From Eledone cirrhosa (taxonomy: Eukaryota): 64,000 nt of DNA. Each line of letters begins with the position of its first letter. Position 1 is the stretch's first letter. Below, piece by piece: positions 52,255 to 64,000 of the stretch. Below the pieces are notes generated by a model. The model saw only the letters and a program-made list of their open reading frames with translations. It searched no databases and was not told where the DNA came from. A program made the translations under genes and the position numbers. The stretch is taken from positions 241,924,001 to 241,988,000 of the forward strand of contig OZ024740.1 of NCBI GenBank assembly GCA_964016885.1. The letters run 5' to 3'.

Positions 52255-52621
52255 ATGACAAAAGACCAAGGTTAACCACTTAAATTCATTCTTTAATTTC
52301 TACGTCAATTTCAATATTTTCGTAAGTTAAGAGAAGTTCTATGCACAGTAAAGTCCTCGGGTCATCACGAGTTTAAAGCAGACGAATAAGTCAACGACAG
52401 TTAAAGTTGGAACGGATGCAGGAAGTAAAGAATGGATTTAAGTTGTTCACCTCGGTTTTTTGTCATATTGAATATTAATGTTCTGCTCCTGAAATGTCCT
52501 GAACAACAAAACATTTAACTATCGATGACATTATTCTCTTTTAAACTCCTGGTGAGCCGAGGATCTTACTGTGTATAGAGCTTATCTCACCTTACCAAAG
52601 AGGACTACACTATAATCACCT
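52255..52621. mobile_element. Old interleaved (permuted) fold-back insert in (TA)n
   Basis: 52255-52295 pairs with 52426-52468, and 52322-52410 pairs with 52505-52595. Confidence 0.65.
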
Positions 52622-52635
52622 ATATATATATATAT

Positions 52636-53546
52636 ATGAGGTGTGTCAGAAAAGTTCCAGGACTGATGCCACAAAAGATTTATTTCAAACCCAAACTTCA
52701 CACTAAGAGTTTTCTCATTCAAAGTAATCCCCCTGGAGTATGTAACTGTAATATTAGCTCTCTGCATCGATCGAACCCTTTTCTTCATAATTTTACATAC
52801 ATGTCCTCTGTTTCTGGTCGTCAAGCAATGAGCACAGAGCAACGAACAAACTTGAAGTTTCTGGTACAGTTGGGGAAAACTCCGCCAGAAGCACTGGGAT
52901 TGCTGCAGCAAGTGTATTGAAATGAGACAATGTCACGCTCACATGTTTTTGAGTGGTGCAAGAGGTTTAAAGAAAGACGCGAGGACGTGGAAGATGACCC
53001 CAGGAGCGGAAGGCTCTCAACAACCAAGACTGAGGTCAACGTTGAACGCGTCAGGCAGATGGTGCGTAGCGATCGTCGGCTGACTTCGACTGATGGCAAA
53101 TGGGCTGGGCATGAATCGGGATAGAGTCTGGAAGATTCTCACTGAATATTTGGACATGCAGAAAGTCTGCGCGAAGATGGTGATAAAACTGCTGAACCAT
53201 GCTCAGGAGGGTCGACGCATGCAAGTGTGCCAGGACATCCTCGACCGTCTTGAAACCGAACCAGACTTGCTAGGGACAGTCATCGCCGTTGAGTCATGGA
53301 TCTTCGAGTACGACCCGGAGGGGGCCCGTTTTGAAGACGTGGACGACATCAAAAAGGCCGTGACGACGGAACTGCGGAGGATCCCGGAAGAATCCTTCCA
53401 GGAGTGCATGCAAGCGTGGCAGAAAAGGATGGAAAGGTGCATTAGACTCCAGGATTAATTTGAAGGAGAAAACACTTAGTGTGAAATTTGGGTTTGAAAT
53501 AAATCTTTTGTGACATTAGTCCTGGAACTTTTCTGACCCACCTCGT
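52636..53546 (+). mobile_element. Internally deleted mariner (Tc1/mariner) transposon
   Basis: ~100-bp inverted ends (52637-52739 and 53446-53545) in TA; EQRTNLKF..LGKT...EWCKRFKERREDVEDDPRSGR...KVCAKMV...ESWIFEYDPE fused directly to GARFEDV...W.KR.ERC; most of the catalytic domain is deleted. Confidence 0.92.
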
Positions 53547-55685
53547 ATATATATATATATATATATATATGGATATGCGTGTGTATGTTTCTGTGTCTGT
53601 GTACGTGTGTGTGTTTGTGTATCATTTCATGTCTCGTAACTTAGCCGTTTGACAACGAAAGACCGATAAAATAAGCACCAAACTTGAAAGAATAAGTACC
53701 TGAGTTGATATGCAATCGCCTACGAACGATGGATTTATTACATCATCCACAATACACTATCTCACACAGCGTAGTTTGTTACACTTATCCTCTTTACACC
53801 ATCGTGAATTAGCATTAGCCTACATATAACGGATACTTCGATTTCTTTTCATATATATATTGTTTTTATGTGAGTGAAGACTATTGAGAAAATATCAAAG
53901 ATAGTGCCAATCATCCAAATCTTAACACCGTTTTCATATATGACTTGTTTCGCTAAAACGCAATCTTAATTCGCTTCATTAGATTATTCAAAATTCAATA
54001 AAATTTGGTTGAAACTCTACTCTACTCCTTCTTGTAAGTTCTTTTACAAACAAAGATACACAGCACATCTAAAATGTATTACAAAGTGAATGTCAGTTTG
54101 GCAAACGATAGTTTTATGAGCTTATTAAAAATAGGGACAAACTGCTAAGCAGTAATACGGTAATCATGAGTTTCGCTAAAAATGGGGCCTACTTTAGGCA
54201 CAAATCCAGCAATATATTTTGGGGATGGGATGTCGAATAAATCTTAGATTGTATTTCATTGGTCCTATGAAATGTTCTGTTGGCTACGGTGATATTTGAA
54301 ACTCAGACTGCAAATAACCATAACTAGATGCTGCAAAACATTTACTTCATAAAGATTCTGCCAATCCTATGTGATCTTAAGAGTTTTATTAAGAATGTAA
54401 TCAGTTTATTTGCATTTTCGACGTCTAATTTCACGAAAATTTTAAATATTCGAAGAATGCAAATCATAGAAGAATGTACGAATACTTTATTTTTTCATGA
54501 TGCCAGCTTACAATTTACACTATCCAACAAAGAAAATTTTATCACCCAGAAATTATCTCTTATCTTGCTAAGAACAAAATGAATATAAACATAATAGATA
54601 TTCTGTTTGTATACATACGTGCATACTCAGGTTTTAGTAAATAATTCATACGTATATATATATTTTTATTTATTTATTTATTTGTACGCACAGAAAGCAG
54701 TTTAAGGGAATAACTATGGAAAATATATCTATCCCCACACAAGATAAATACTGATTTTCTTTCAAATTCACCATTTCACCAATCACATGGCTTTCAAAAA
54801 TTTCACAGGTTATAGGAATGGTATTATTTTCGTCCTCTAAGAAAGAATAAAACAGATTGATTCATACTCTCAGAAGAAATTGGCACAGCAGGATCACCGG
54901 AATCTGTAGATGTTTAAAAGAAATTGTTTTAATTTACTGATAAGAGATATACACGTATCTATCCCACCTAGATACACATATACATACTAACACATATACC
55001 TTAAACTCTAACAAAGGAGCTTTGTTTGCGATTTGTTCTAATTTAGTTGCAAAGGAACTTCGAAATAGAGACTAAGAGCGTGTATTCAAATATCTAAACT
55101 CACTTAGGAACACGTATTTACACCCTTATGTGTATAAATGAATCTACTTTCTCTTCCTTGAATCACTGAATTATTCATGTAAAGAAGGAGTTGGTGTCTA
55201 AGAAAGAAACAAAAACTCCAACATTTGAAATTTAGATAACAAACAAAATTGTAGTTACATCTTGAATTCCAGAATTATCTTGCATATTTTCATTTGATAA
55301 TATTACAAGTTGGACTCCTGCTTCGGATGGACCAAATTTCTACCCTACAACTTAGCGACATAACCAAGTGCACCAGTACTTATGGCTATACAGTACAATT
55401 TATAATTTCAATTCAGAAATCGTGGATCTAAAAGCAGTGACCATAAATGTTCTTTTTTTATGTATTACTTTTAAACTAAATGGCAACAGTAAATGAGTAA
55501 CTTGCTCCCACAGTAGTACATACTCTTATGTTTGTATTTAGAAAGTTATGCTAGGATGCCTATATTAATGCTACTGCTAATTAATCCTAACCGGTTACAT
55601 TCTATATACAAATGAACATATTCAGCCTATGTTTCATATGCCCAAAACATGCTATAACTTATTCTTGTCACTGAACCGATTGAAT

Positions 55686-55734
55686 GAATGTCACTGATGA
55701 CGGATAAAAATCCAGAAACACGTATCTGACATTC
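55686..55734 (+). ncRNA. Hammerhead ribozyme motif
   Basis: GAATGTCA-CTGATGA-C-GGAT(AAAA)ATCC-A-GAAAC-AC-GTA-TC-TGACATTC: 8-bp stem I; about 70 nt upstream of (TA)n. Confidence 0.75.
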
Positions 55735-55800
55735 TGATAGGGTTATTGAGATAGCTGTGACATGATCTCAGCCTAAAATATTATTTGTACATATTCTGCT

Positions 55801-55835
<35 letters not shown>

Positions 55836-56690
55836 CTCGTCTACGACTATTATGCTGTCTAGTAAGGTTTCACGAACCAAACACGTTTGATGACATGACA
55901 GCAGTAGATCAGGAATTTACACATCTCTAATGAATAATATTTTTTTTTATTTTGAAAGCAATAGGAATCAAGAGGAAAGTCGAAAATATGATTCGTATCA
56001 TTTAATAATTTAATACAGTCGCCCACCCGGGAACTTATGCATATATACGGCAAACAGTCGATATATTGCATAATTTTGTTAGCTGAATATTGTAGCTTTA
56101 TATAGGTAATTGCACAGTACCGTACCATAAGTGAACTGTAACGCTCTTACAAACATATTTGGATAAATGTAAACTTCGTAAATATATATACGCAGATACA
56201 GACATAGATACTTAGATACATACATACATACATACATACATAAATACATACATACATACATACATACATAGATACATACACCCACACACCCACACACACA
56301 CACATAACATGTGCAAATTCTGGTGGAATTGTCATAAAGAGTAAAAGAGTAAGGGAAAAAGTTTTTGAATACGTGAACTCTAGAAGATAATATAGAGGAA
56401 ATTCTTTTGATATCTTGCAAATACAAAGTGTCAAAGATGGTTTCAGGGTCACAAACATCAGAGATTATTATGGATAACGCAGTGTCTGAAAAAGCATAGA
56501 AATAGTACCATTTATCTTGTTCTATAGCCTTTGTCAATGATAGTATATGATACCTATGTGTGCTGCATACTTAGTGCAGTTATGTATCTAATACAAATAC
56601 TTCACACGTTGTGACAAGATAATGCGGCTGTTTAGATACATTTGATATTTCTCTGTATCTCTTTGAATACTTTAAATATGTTCATATATA

Positions 56691-56692
<2 letters not shown>

Positions 56693-56782
<90 letters not shown>
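56693..56782. repeat. (TG)n microsatellite
   Basis: TG run. Confidence 0.97.
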
Positions 56783-56783
<1 letters not shown>

Positions 56784-57062
56784 ATATGTACGTATATATA
56801 TATATATATATGTATGTAGATAAATCTACCAAAAGTTTACGGTAGTGTCCAATCCGTATGAAGAACTCAATGTAATCCGGATATCATGAAAAGAGAAGAT
56901 GCATTCAAAAACTACTTTCGGTGTACATAGATCTATAGAATATGCATACCAACTCTAACACATATATATCCTAGAAACGATCGTAAAATAATGAATTTTT
57001 TTTAATATAAGGAACTGTTTCTTTGTTTATTCATTATTTTTTTAATAATTTATATATATATG

Positions 57063-57096
<34 letters not shown>

Positions 57097-57174
57097 TATA
57101 TATATATATACACGCTCACACACACACGCGCACGTATGTACGTATATACATATATATGTGTGTGTGTGTGTGTA

Positions 57175-57205
<31 letters not shown>

Positions 57206-57890
57206 GTGTGTCTGTGTGTATATATGCTCACACACTCGCACAAACACATACGTCGCACACACACATGCACACACATGCACACATACGCACACACATATAT
57301 ATATATATATTCGCGAACCTTTCTTCCGTTCTTTCGAATTCAAAGGTGTATATCTTTTTCATAACACATACATTTCTGTTATAACTGATATCACGATATC
57401 ATCTAATTTGGGATATCGCTTCTATGTCTGGAAAGATAAACCTCCGGAATTATATATATAAAAAAAGATTTGAGTCATGAGCTTTCACTGTAAGTTTATA
57501 GTTATGTATTAATGCGCGAGTGCATGTGTGAGTGCATATGTTCGTATGTATGTGTGTATGTATGTATTTATGTAAGCATGTGTGTATGTATTTATGTAAG
57601 TATGTATGTATGCATGTTGACCAGTTCTCCCTTTGGGGTAGTGTTCTTGATGCCCAGAGAGTGGGATTGGTCGACTGCAAGGCCTGTCCCCACTGAAAAA
57701 ACCTCCAAAGCACAGGCACTGCTTGCTCAGGATCTGTTACAGGTTCGTGTGGCTGGCCGTAGCCTAAAAGTGCACCAAACTCTATAATCTGACAAGCAAT
57801 TGCAGTAATCTTAGCAAACTTTGCAGCCATCAGGTATGCATGTATATATGTGTGTATGTATGCATGTATGTATATATGTAAGTATGTATG

Positions 57891-57924
<34 letters not shown>

Positions 57925-58113
57925 TGTATGTATCTATGTATGTATGTATGTATGTATGTATATATGTATGTATTTATATATTATGAATGTAAGTACGTTT
58001 ATATGTATGTATGCACGCACGGGCATGTACGTATGTACATACACATATATGCCCGTATATACGTAAGAAGTATGTATATACGTATATATGTATGTATTAT
58101 GTATGTGTATGTG

Positions 58114-58145
<32 letters not shown>

Positions 58146-58151
58146 TGTATG

Positions 58152-58788
58152 TTTTCTCTTTCTCTTAATTTCGAGTATATTTTTTTGACCGGCCACCTTC
58201 CTGGTGGCAAGGTTGTAAAAGAAAAGAAATTGTCATCCCTTGAATCGCAAGAATGTTTTGCAAATTTTGAAGGTGCCAGCTATCGCAGCCATTTGTAGAC
58301 TATGAATTAGGGAGCTGCGCTTTTTGTCTGCAAATCCAAGTTCAGTCATACTTTGGTCCAAGCGGGTTGGTATATAACCCGTAGCACCAATAATGATAGG
58401 TATGAAGCTAAAGGTGTATCTTGGATACTGGATTTGTAAACTCCTCATCAATGGTCCGTAGATGTCCTCCTTCTCCTGTATTTTTCTGACAACGTTTACA
58501 TCAAGTGGGCAGCTGATCTCCACAACAGAACACGTTTTCAATGTGTGGTCCTAAACAACAATATCAGGCCGGTTGTGCTTTAATTTGGTGGCAGTTTTTA
58601 TTTTCAGGTTCCACCAGTATTCCTTAGTGCCATCTGTCTCAATATATTCTTCCTCATTTGTTGTTAATTTTGTTTTCCGAAGTGCGTTCCAGATGGTTCT
58701 AGCTATCCCATCGTGTCTCATGGGGAGGTAGTAGCGAGATGACATTCTTTCGCAGCTGGCAACAATGTGGCTTACATCCTCGATCTTT
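58152..58788 (-). mobile_element. R4-clade (RLE) non-LTR 3' fragment inserted in (CATA)n
   Basis: EDVSHIVASC...YLPMRHD...WWNLKI...HNRPDIVV...VEISCPLD...KEDIY...PIIIGATG...LQMAAIAGT; (TATG)n on both sides. Confidence 0.88.
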
Positions 58789-58864
58789 GTATGTATGTAT
58801 GTATGTATGTATGTATGTATGTATGTATGTATGTATGTATGTATGTATGTATGTATGTATGTAT

Positions 58865-59077
58865 GGATCACTCTTAAGTACTACTGGTAACGTGTAACCC
58901 AGTATAACCTGTCCCATGGTCGGGTCGTCGGTGACTAAACCGGCAACCCCACACAGTTTACTTGGTGAGGAGGGTGATTTTGGACACCCTGCAGGACAAA
59001 ACACAAAACCTGACAAAGGGCGGAGGAGTCGACGGCGATCCAAAAATGTGTAAATTTGTATAAATACGCGTGTGTGC

Positions 59078-59125
<48 letters not shown>

Positions 59126-59496
59126 CATGTATGAATGTGTACGTATATACGCGGGGACATAGAAATAATCGGGCTGGATACCTGCGGTTAAACCACTGGG
59201 AGTGAAGGACCCCTAGCCTTTGTCAGGGCATTCTTCTAGGAGAAGGCAACTCAGGAAACTGGAATAACTCCGATATAAAACCTGCGGCTCAGTAGTTACC
59301 GACGATGTTGATCTTTTCTTCTTTTCGGTTTATAGCTACTGTCGCTCAAAGTGTGGGATTGGACCAGTGCACAGTCTTACCTCATATTTTTAAAAGATCT
59401 TCACGCACTGGCATTGCACGATAGCATTGATTAATAATTATTAATAATGGTATATCGTGCAATGACTATACTTGATAACGAGGGGGGCAGCCATCA
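58865..59496 (+). mobile_element. RTE-derived non-autonomous element(s): RTE-like 5' region and gcagccatca(TGTA)n 3' end, interrupted by (TA)n
   Basis: ttctaggagaaggcaactc...gatataaaacctgc motif shared with 59778-60162; same 3' terminus. Confidence 0.6.
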
Positions 59497-59777
59497 TGTA
59501 TGTATGTATGTGGCATGTTTTGCGATGCACGGTATTGCTGGCCATAGGCAAGTCCCTGGAAGGACTCAAAAGCTACGTCCGTGATGACCCTGGCTATGTA
59601 TCAAGCGATGGCATTACTCGAAATCGAATTTCAGCCATCATCATCATCATCATGTATGTATGCATGTGTGTATGCATGTATGTATGTATGCATGTATGTA
59701 TGTATGTATGCATGCATGTATGTATGTATGTATCTATGCATGTAGGTATGTATGTATGTATGTATGTATATATGTAT

Positions 59778-60162
59778 GTCAAGGCAGAATTCTAGGAGAA
59801 GGAAAACTCTGATATAACACCTGCAACCCTGATGGTATCCAATGATGTTGACTTGTTCTTCTTTTTGGTAAATATCATCTTGGTTAAGAGAGCGGGACTG
59901 GCTTTGTGCAGTGCCTTTGCTCACTATAAAAGCTTCACGGCACAGGCATTGCTTTATATCTGGAGATCTCTCTGCACTTGTCGTCACATGATACCATGGG
60001 CCCAGCACTATGTGTCAATAATTGTCACAAGTGTAGTGTTTGTACCAGAGTTTTCAAGTCGCTGGCTGGACTAAAAAGTCACACTCGTTCAGCGCATCGA
60101 TAGGGGTTCTCCTACATGGATATAAAGTAGTGGCCGTACTCGAAAACGAGTTGGCAGCCACC
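59778..60162 (+). mobile_element. Bipartite RTE-derived non-autonomous element
   Basis: Closely similar to the reverse complement of 27358-27745. Confidence 0.82.
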
Positions 60163-60791
60163 ATGTATGTATATATGCATGTAAGTATGCATGTATGTAT
60201 ATTTGTGTATGTGTGTATGTATGTTTGTATGTATGTATATATTTATGTTTCTATGTATGTATGCATGTGTGTACATACTTATGTATGTGTTATGTATACA
60301 TGTATGTATGTATGTATGTATGTATGTATGTACGTATGTATATATTCTTGCATGTGTGCGTGCGTGTATGCCAGTGTGTGACAGAACATATATATAATAT
60401 TGGCGTGACTACACTTTGATATAATGCTTAAATGTCGAGCCATTTTGCGCGCGTATTAGATTGATGTCTGCCTGTTAGTTTGTCTGCCTCTCTCCATATG
60501 ACTGTATTTGTACGAATTTGAGTGACGTTCCTTCAGTTCGCTGGGTATGGGGTCACAGGAAGGTTATAGTGGAGTCTGATAACACGTATCTCTAACGCTT
60601 GAAGCTTGACTGTAACCCCGTCAAAAGTTAATGGTGACCACTTGAACTAAGAAAATGAGAAAATGATGGTGGAGTTTGAAAGATATAGTTATATATTTCT
60701 TTCTTACACATTTCGCTCTCTTTCTTTACTTACTTTTGTATTTATTTTGCAAGGTTTCAAGCTTGAATGGAAAGCAATATTCCCCGCCTCT

Positions 60792-60946
<155 letters not shown>

Positions 60947-61317
60947 CATACTCGCATACATACATACATATATACATACATATATATACAATTTTTTTAT
61001 AGTTCCTGTTCCCTTAACATGTGTAAATTGTTTTAAGAAAACAGTTTCCAAGGCGCTTCCTGTTCATCTAGTAGCGTATCATACAAAGGAAACGCGGTTG
61101 ATTACATTTTATGTATATTGCTAATATTTATTCTTTTATGTTTCTGATTTTTACCAGACTTAGCCATTGGATTGTGACCATACTGCAGCATTTTTTGGTG
61201 GTTTTAGTCAACTACATTAATACCAGTACATATTTCAATGTGTTACTTATGTTATTGACCGCCATTTCTCGAACCGTTAAATTAAGAAGTAAACAGGAAT
61301 ACAATAGATGTGCGCTT

Positions 61318-61410
<93 letters not shown>

Positions 61411-61597
61411 TACACACACACACACACACACAAACTCACACACATATTTATATATAGAGAGTCGGATCTAGCTGAAGAAACGGCCGGAGCTCGGCCGCCG
61501 GTGTCCTGAACCTTTTCATATTTCCCACTCTACTACCCCAAGTATAGAGTACTCTGGTGCGTTCTTGTCCACCTGGTTCTCACCAAAACCCTCTTTG

Positions 61598-61630
<33 letters not shown>

Positions 61631-61635
<5 letters not shown>

Positions 61636-62169
61636 AAGTTAAATAAAAGTCAAATGATTAAAATTTAGCTTCGTTTATTAACTGTTATATATATTTCAGT
61701 GACAGCCATCTTTGGCTGTCACCTCTTCAGGCAGTTTGAATTAGTATGGTATAGACAAGTTCATATGTTGTTTAGGTGTATAATATTGTCAATACTTTGA
61801 TATGCCCAGTTCCTTGTTGGGTTGTTAATTCACTGAGGAACTGTCATATGATATGACTCCAGTTCCTCAGGGAATTAACAACCAAACAAGGAACTGGGCA
61901 TATCAGAGTATTGACAATATTATACACCTAAACAACATATGTACTTGTCTATACCATACTAATTCAAACTGCCTGAAGAGGTGACAGCCAAAGATGGCTG
62001 TCACTGAAATATATATAGCAGTTAATAAACGAAGCTAAATTTTAATCATTTGACTTTTATTTAACTTTATTTTACAATACTCCGGAGTAACCAAACCAAC
62101 CTGCGCACTTCGTCGAATGCTCCAGTCTGCATACTGAGGTGTTGGTATACAACCAACATAAACTCAAAA

Positions 62170-62175
<6 letters not shown>
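61631..62175. mobile_element. Fold-back HHR insert in (TA)n
   Basis: ~210-bp arms 61631-61842 and 61861-62073 plus a ~100-bp tail on the right. Confidence 0.88.
61967..62023 (+). ncRNA. Type-I hammerhead ribozyme motif (intact); inverted copy at 61680-61736
   Basis: AACTGC-CTGAAGA-G-GTGACAGCCA(AAGA)TGGCTGTCAC-T-GAA-ATATATAT-A-GCAGTT: 6-bp stem I, 10-bp stem II, AUA triplet. Confidence 0.88.
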
Positions 62176-62222
<47 letters not shown>

Positions 62223-62224
<2 letters not shown>

Positions 62225-62415
62225 GTTATTCCGGGTTGAATCGGAGGTAACCACAGTAAGTAAGGTACTCAATACATAGCAGAGTATAATAGTTTTAATA
62301 TAGAAGAGATTCTACAGGACTAGAACTGTTTCATTCATTAGAAATCATCAGGAGATTCCTGATGATTTCTAATGAATGAAACAGTTCTAGTCCTGTAGAA
62401 TCTCTTCTATATTAA

Positions 62416-62419
<4 letters not shown>
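62223..62419. mobile_element. HHR family X fold-back in (TA)n
   Basis: Arms 62292-62353 and 62357-62419; tail on the left arm only. Confidence 0.85.
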
Positions 62420-62450
<31 letters not shown>

Positions 62451-62452
<2 letters not shown>

Positions 62453-63036
62453 AGAGTATGGAAGTTTGCTTGAAGCATTGTGGAGTAATAAGATTTATTT
62501 TCTTTAGGTCGTTTTGGAAACCTCAACAATGCAGATGGGTAATTCTCCAGGTAACAGGATCCGGTGGTGAAGAGAGAGATGTAAGGGAATGTAGAATGAG
62601 ATGTATAGTGTATATAGGAACGTAGCAAATAGCGTAAAAAATAAAAATATAAATAATAACACGAGATAGAGTTACCTTGGAAGAGATTTAATTGTCCCTA
62701 TATTTCGGATTCGTATACATCAATGGGAGGGTTTTACGAGGGGGGGGGGTATCTGTCAGAGAGGAACGGTAGTGTCCTCTGCTGTTCGCTGTTTGTGAAA
62801 ACCCTCCCATTGATGGATGCAAATCCGAAATATAGGGACAATTAAATCTCTCCCAAGGTAACTCTATCTCGTGTTATTATTTTTTTATATTTTTTACGCT
62901 ATTTGCTACGTTCCTATATACACTATACATCTCATTCTACATTCCCTTACATCTCACTCTTCACTCCCGGATCCTGTTACCCGGAGAATTACCCATCTGC
63001 ATTGTTGAGGCTTCCAAAACGTCCAAAAGAAAATAA

Positions 63037-63040
<4 letters not shown>
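62451..63040. mobile_element. Fold-back pair of the 3' end related to the 24.8-27.3 kb PLE
   Basis: 62451-62735 is colinear with 24801-25080; inverted arm 62797-63040; (TA)n on both sides. Confidence 0.82.
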
Positions 63041-63075
<35 letters not shown>

Positions 63076-64000
63076 TTTTTTTCTTTAATATGTACTCTTT
63101 CATTGTTTCGTTGTGTGAAACAATTTATGTTAAGAGAAGGCTATTTATTTTTGAGAAAAAATAACACGAGCTGCTATAACAATAAAGAATGATAATAATA
63201 GAATCAAACGGAACGAACATATACAATAAAAGAACACCAAGATACACTAAATAATTCAGAAACAGCTGGTGGGTGTCCGACATGACTATTTAACTAGAAG
63301 TGAGGAGTGAAGTGAGTCAACGAAGGAAACACTTTCTATGCGGTTACTCAAATTTCCCTCAAATATCGCACCACCGCCTTAAAGAAAAAGGAAGCAAGCA
63401 GCTCCACGGACGTCACCTGATACATTGGTAATGTGAGCTGCTAACACTGATAGGAACATTCTGGTCTGCAGCTCAAATCTTCCAAACATCTCTAACGGCA
63501 TAAGGTGAAAAAGACAATTTGCTGATAATTCCTGGTATTTTAAAATGTTATTCCGTTCGCTACGAATCCGATTTTGTTTTCGAATTAATTTGTTGAAGAA
63601 GGAACACCAACGCTTATCAACTATACAGACTCTCTTATTCTAGCTGGGCAACCATGATTAGTGTGGATCTACTGTGCATCAAAATACCTAGTTATACTCC
63701 GACCAGTTCATTGCATTAATTAAATGCACCATATGATGGATGAAGTCTGCATCGTATACATGTTTCTTTTTATTGAGCGAATGTCTGCATGTGGGTATAT
63801 CTGTATGAGTATGTTTATCTCGTGGATGAGTATATGGCTAGTTAAGAAATTACAGAGCAATCATTTTTGTATCAGATTCGATCCTATTATGTGGCATGTA
63901 TGGGGGGCTGAAAAGTCATCTTGTGAGGGGAAGTTGGGTAAAGGAAGACTGTCTAGAAGCCCATCATGGACTGTGTCTGTAATTCAAAGGGCCATTCTTG

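Larger units (their letters stand above)
57530..60345. repeat. (TATG)n array hosting multiple retroelement insertions
   Basis: Degenerate TATG tracts separate inserts at 57618-57832, 58152-58788, 58865-59043, 59170-59496, 59511-59650 and 59778-60162. Confidence 0.85.

Noticed and set aside
55860-56537. Two minus-strand ORFs vaguely like LINE ORF2 C-termini
   Set aside because: Similarity is too weak to assign a clade without a search.

Overview
AT-rich, repeat-saturated eukaryotic non-genic DNA (intergenic or a large intron). The SINE, LINE and microsatellite repertoire suggests a cephalopod (Octopus-like) genome; this is an inference. No host protein-coding gene is supported, and most predicted ORFs are microsatellite artefacts. 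The window holds decayed L1-Tx1, RTE, CRE and R4/Dong non-LTR fragments, three Penelope-like elements (PLEs; one near full length at 45.4-49.8 kb), an internally deleted mariner, a small hAT insert with an 8-bp TSD, and about 25 copies of a tRNA-derived SINE. The most striking signal is a set of more than 10 sequence-unrelated, short non-coding inserts in (TA)n microsatellites. Most are head-to-head fold-backs with reproducible endpoints and carry minimal type-I hammerhead ribozyme motifs (CUGANGA...GAAA...NUH), one family with compensatory stem changes. Some are head-to-tail or circularly permuted, consistent with PLE-mobilised retrozyme-like RNAs, and one family carries a tRNA-SINE head. Different retroelement clades also appear to occupy different microsatellites: (TA)n, (TAA)n, (CATA)n and (TATC)n.
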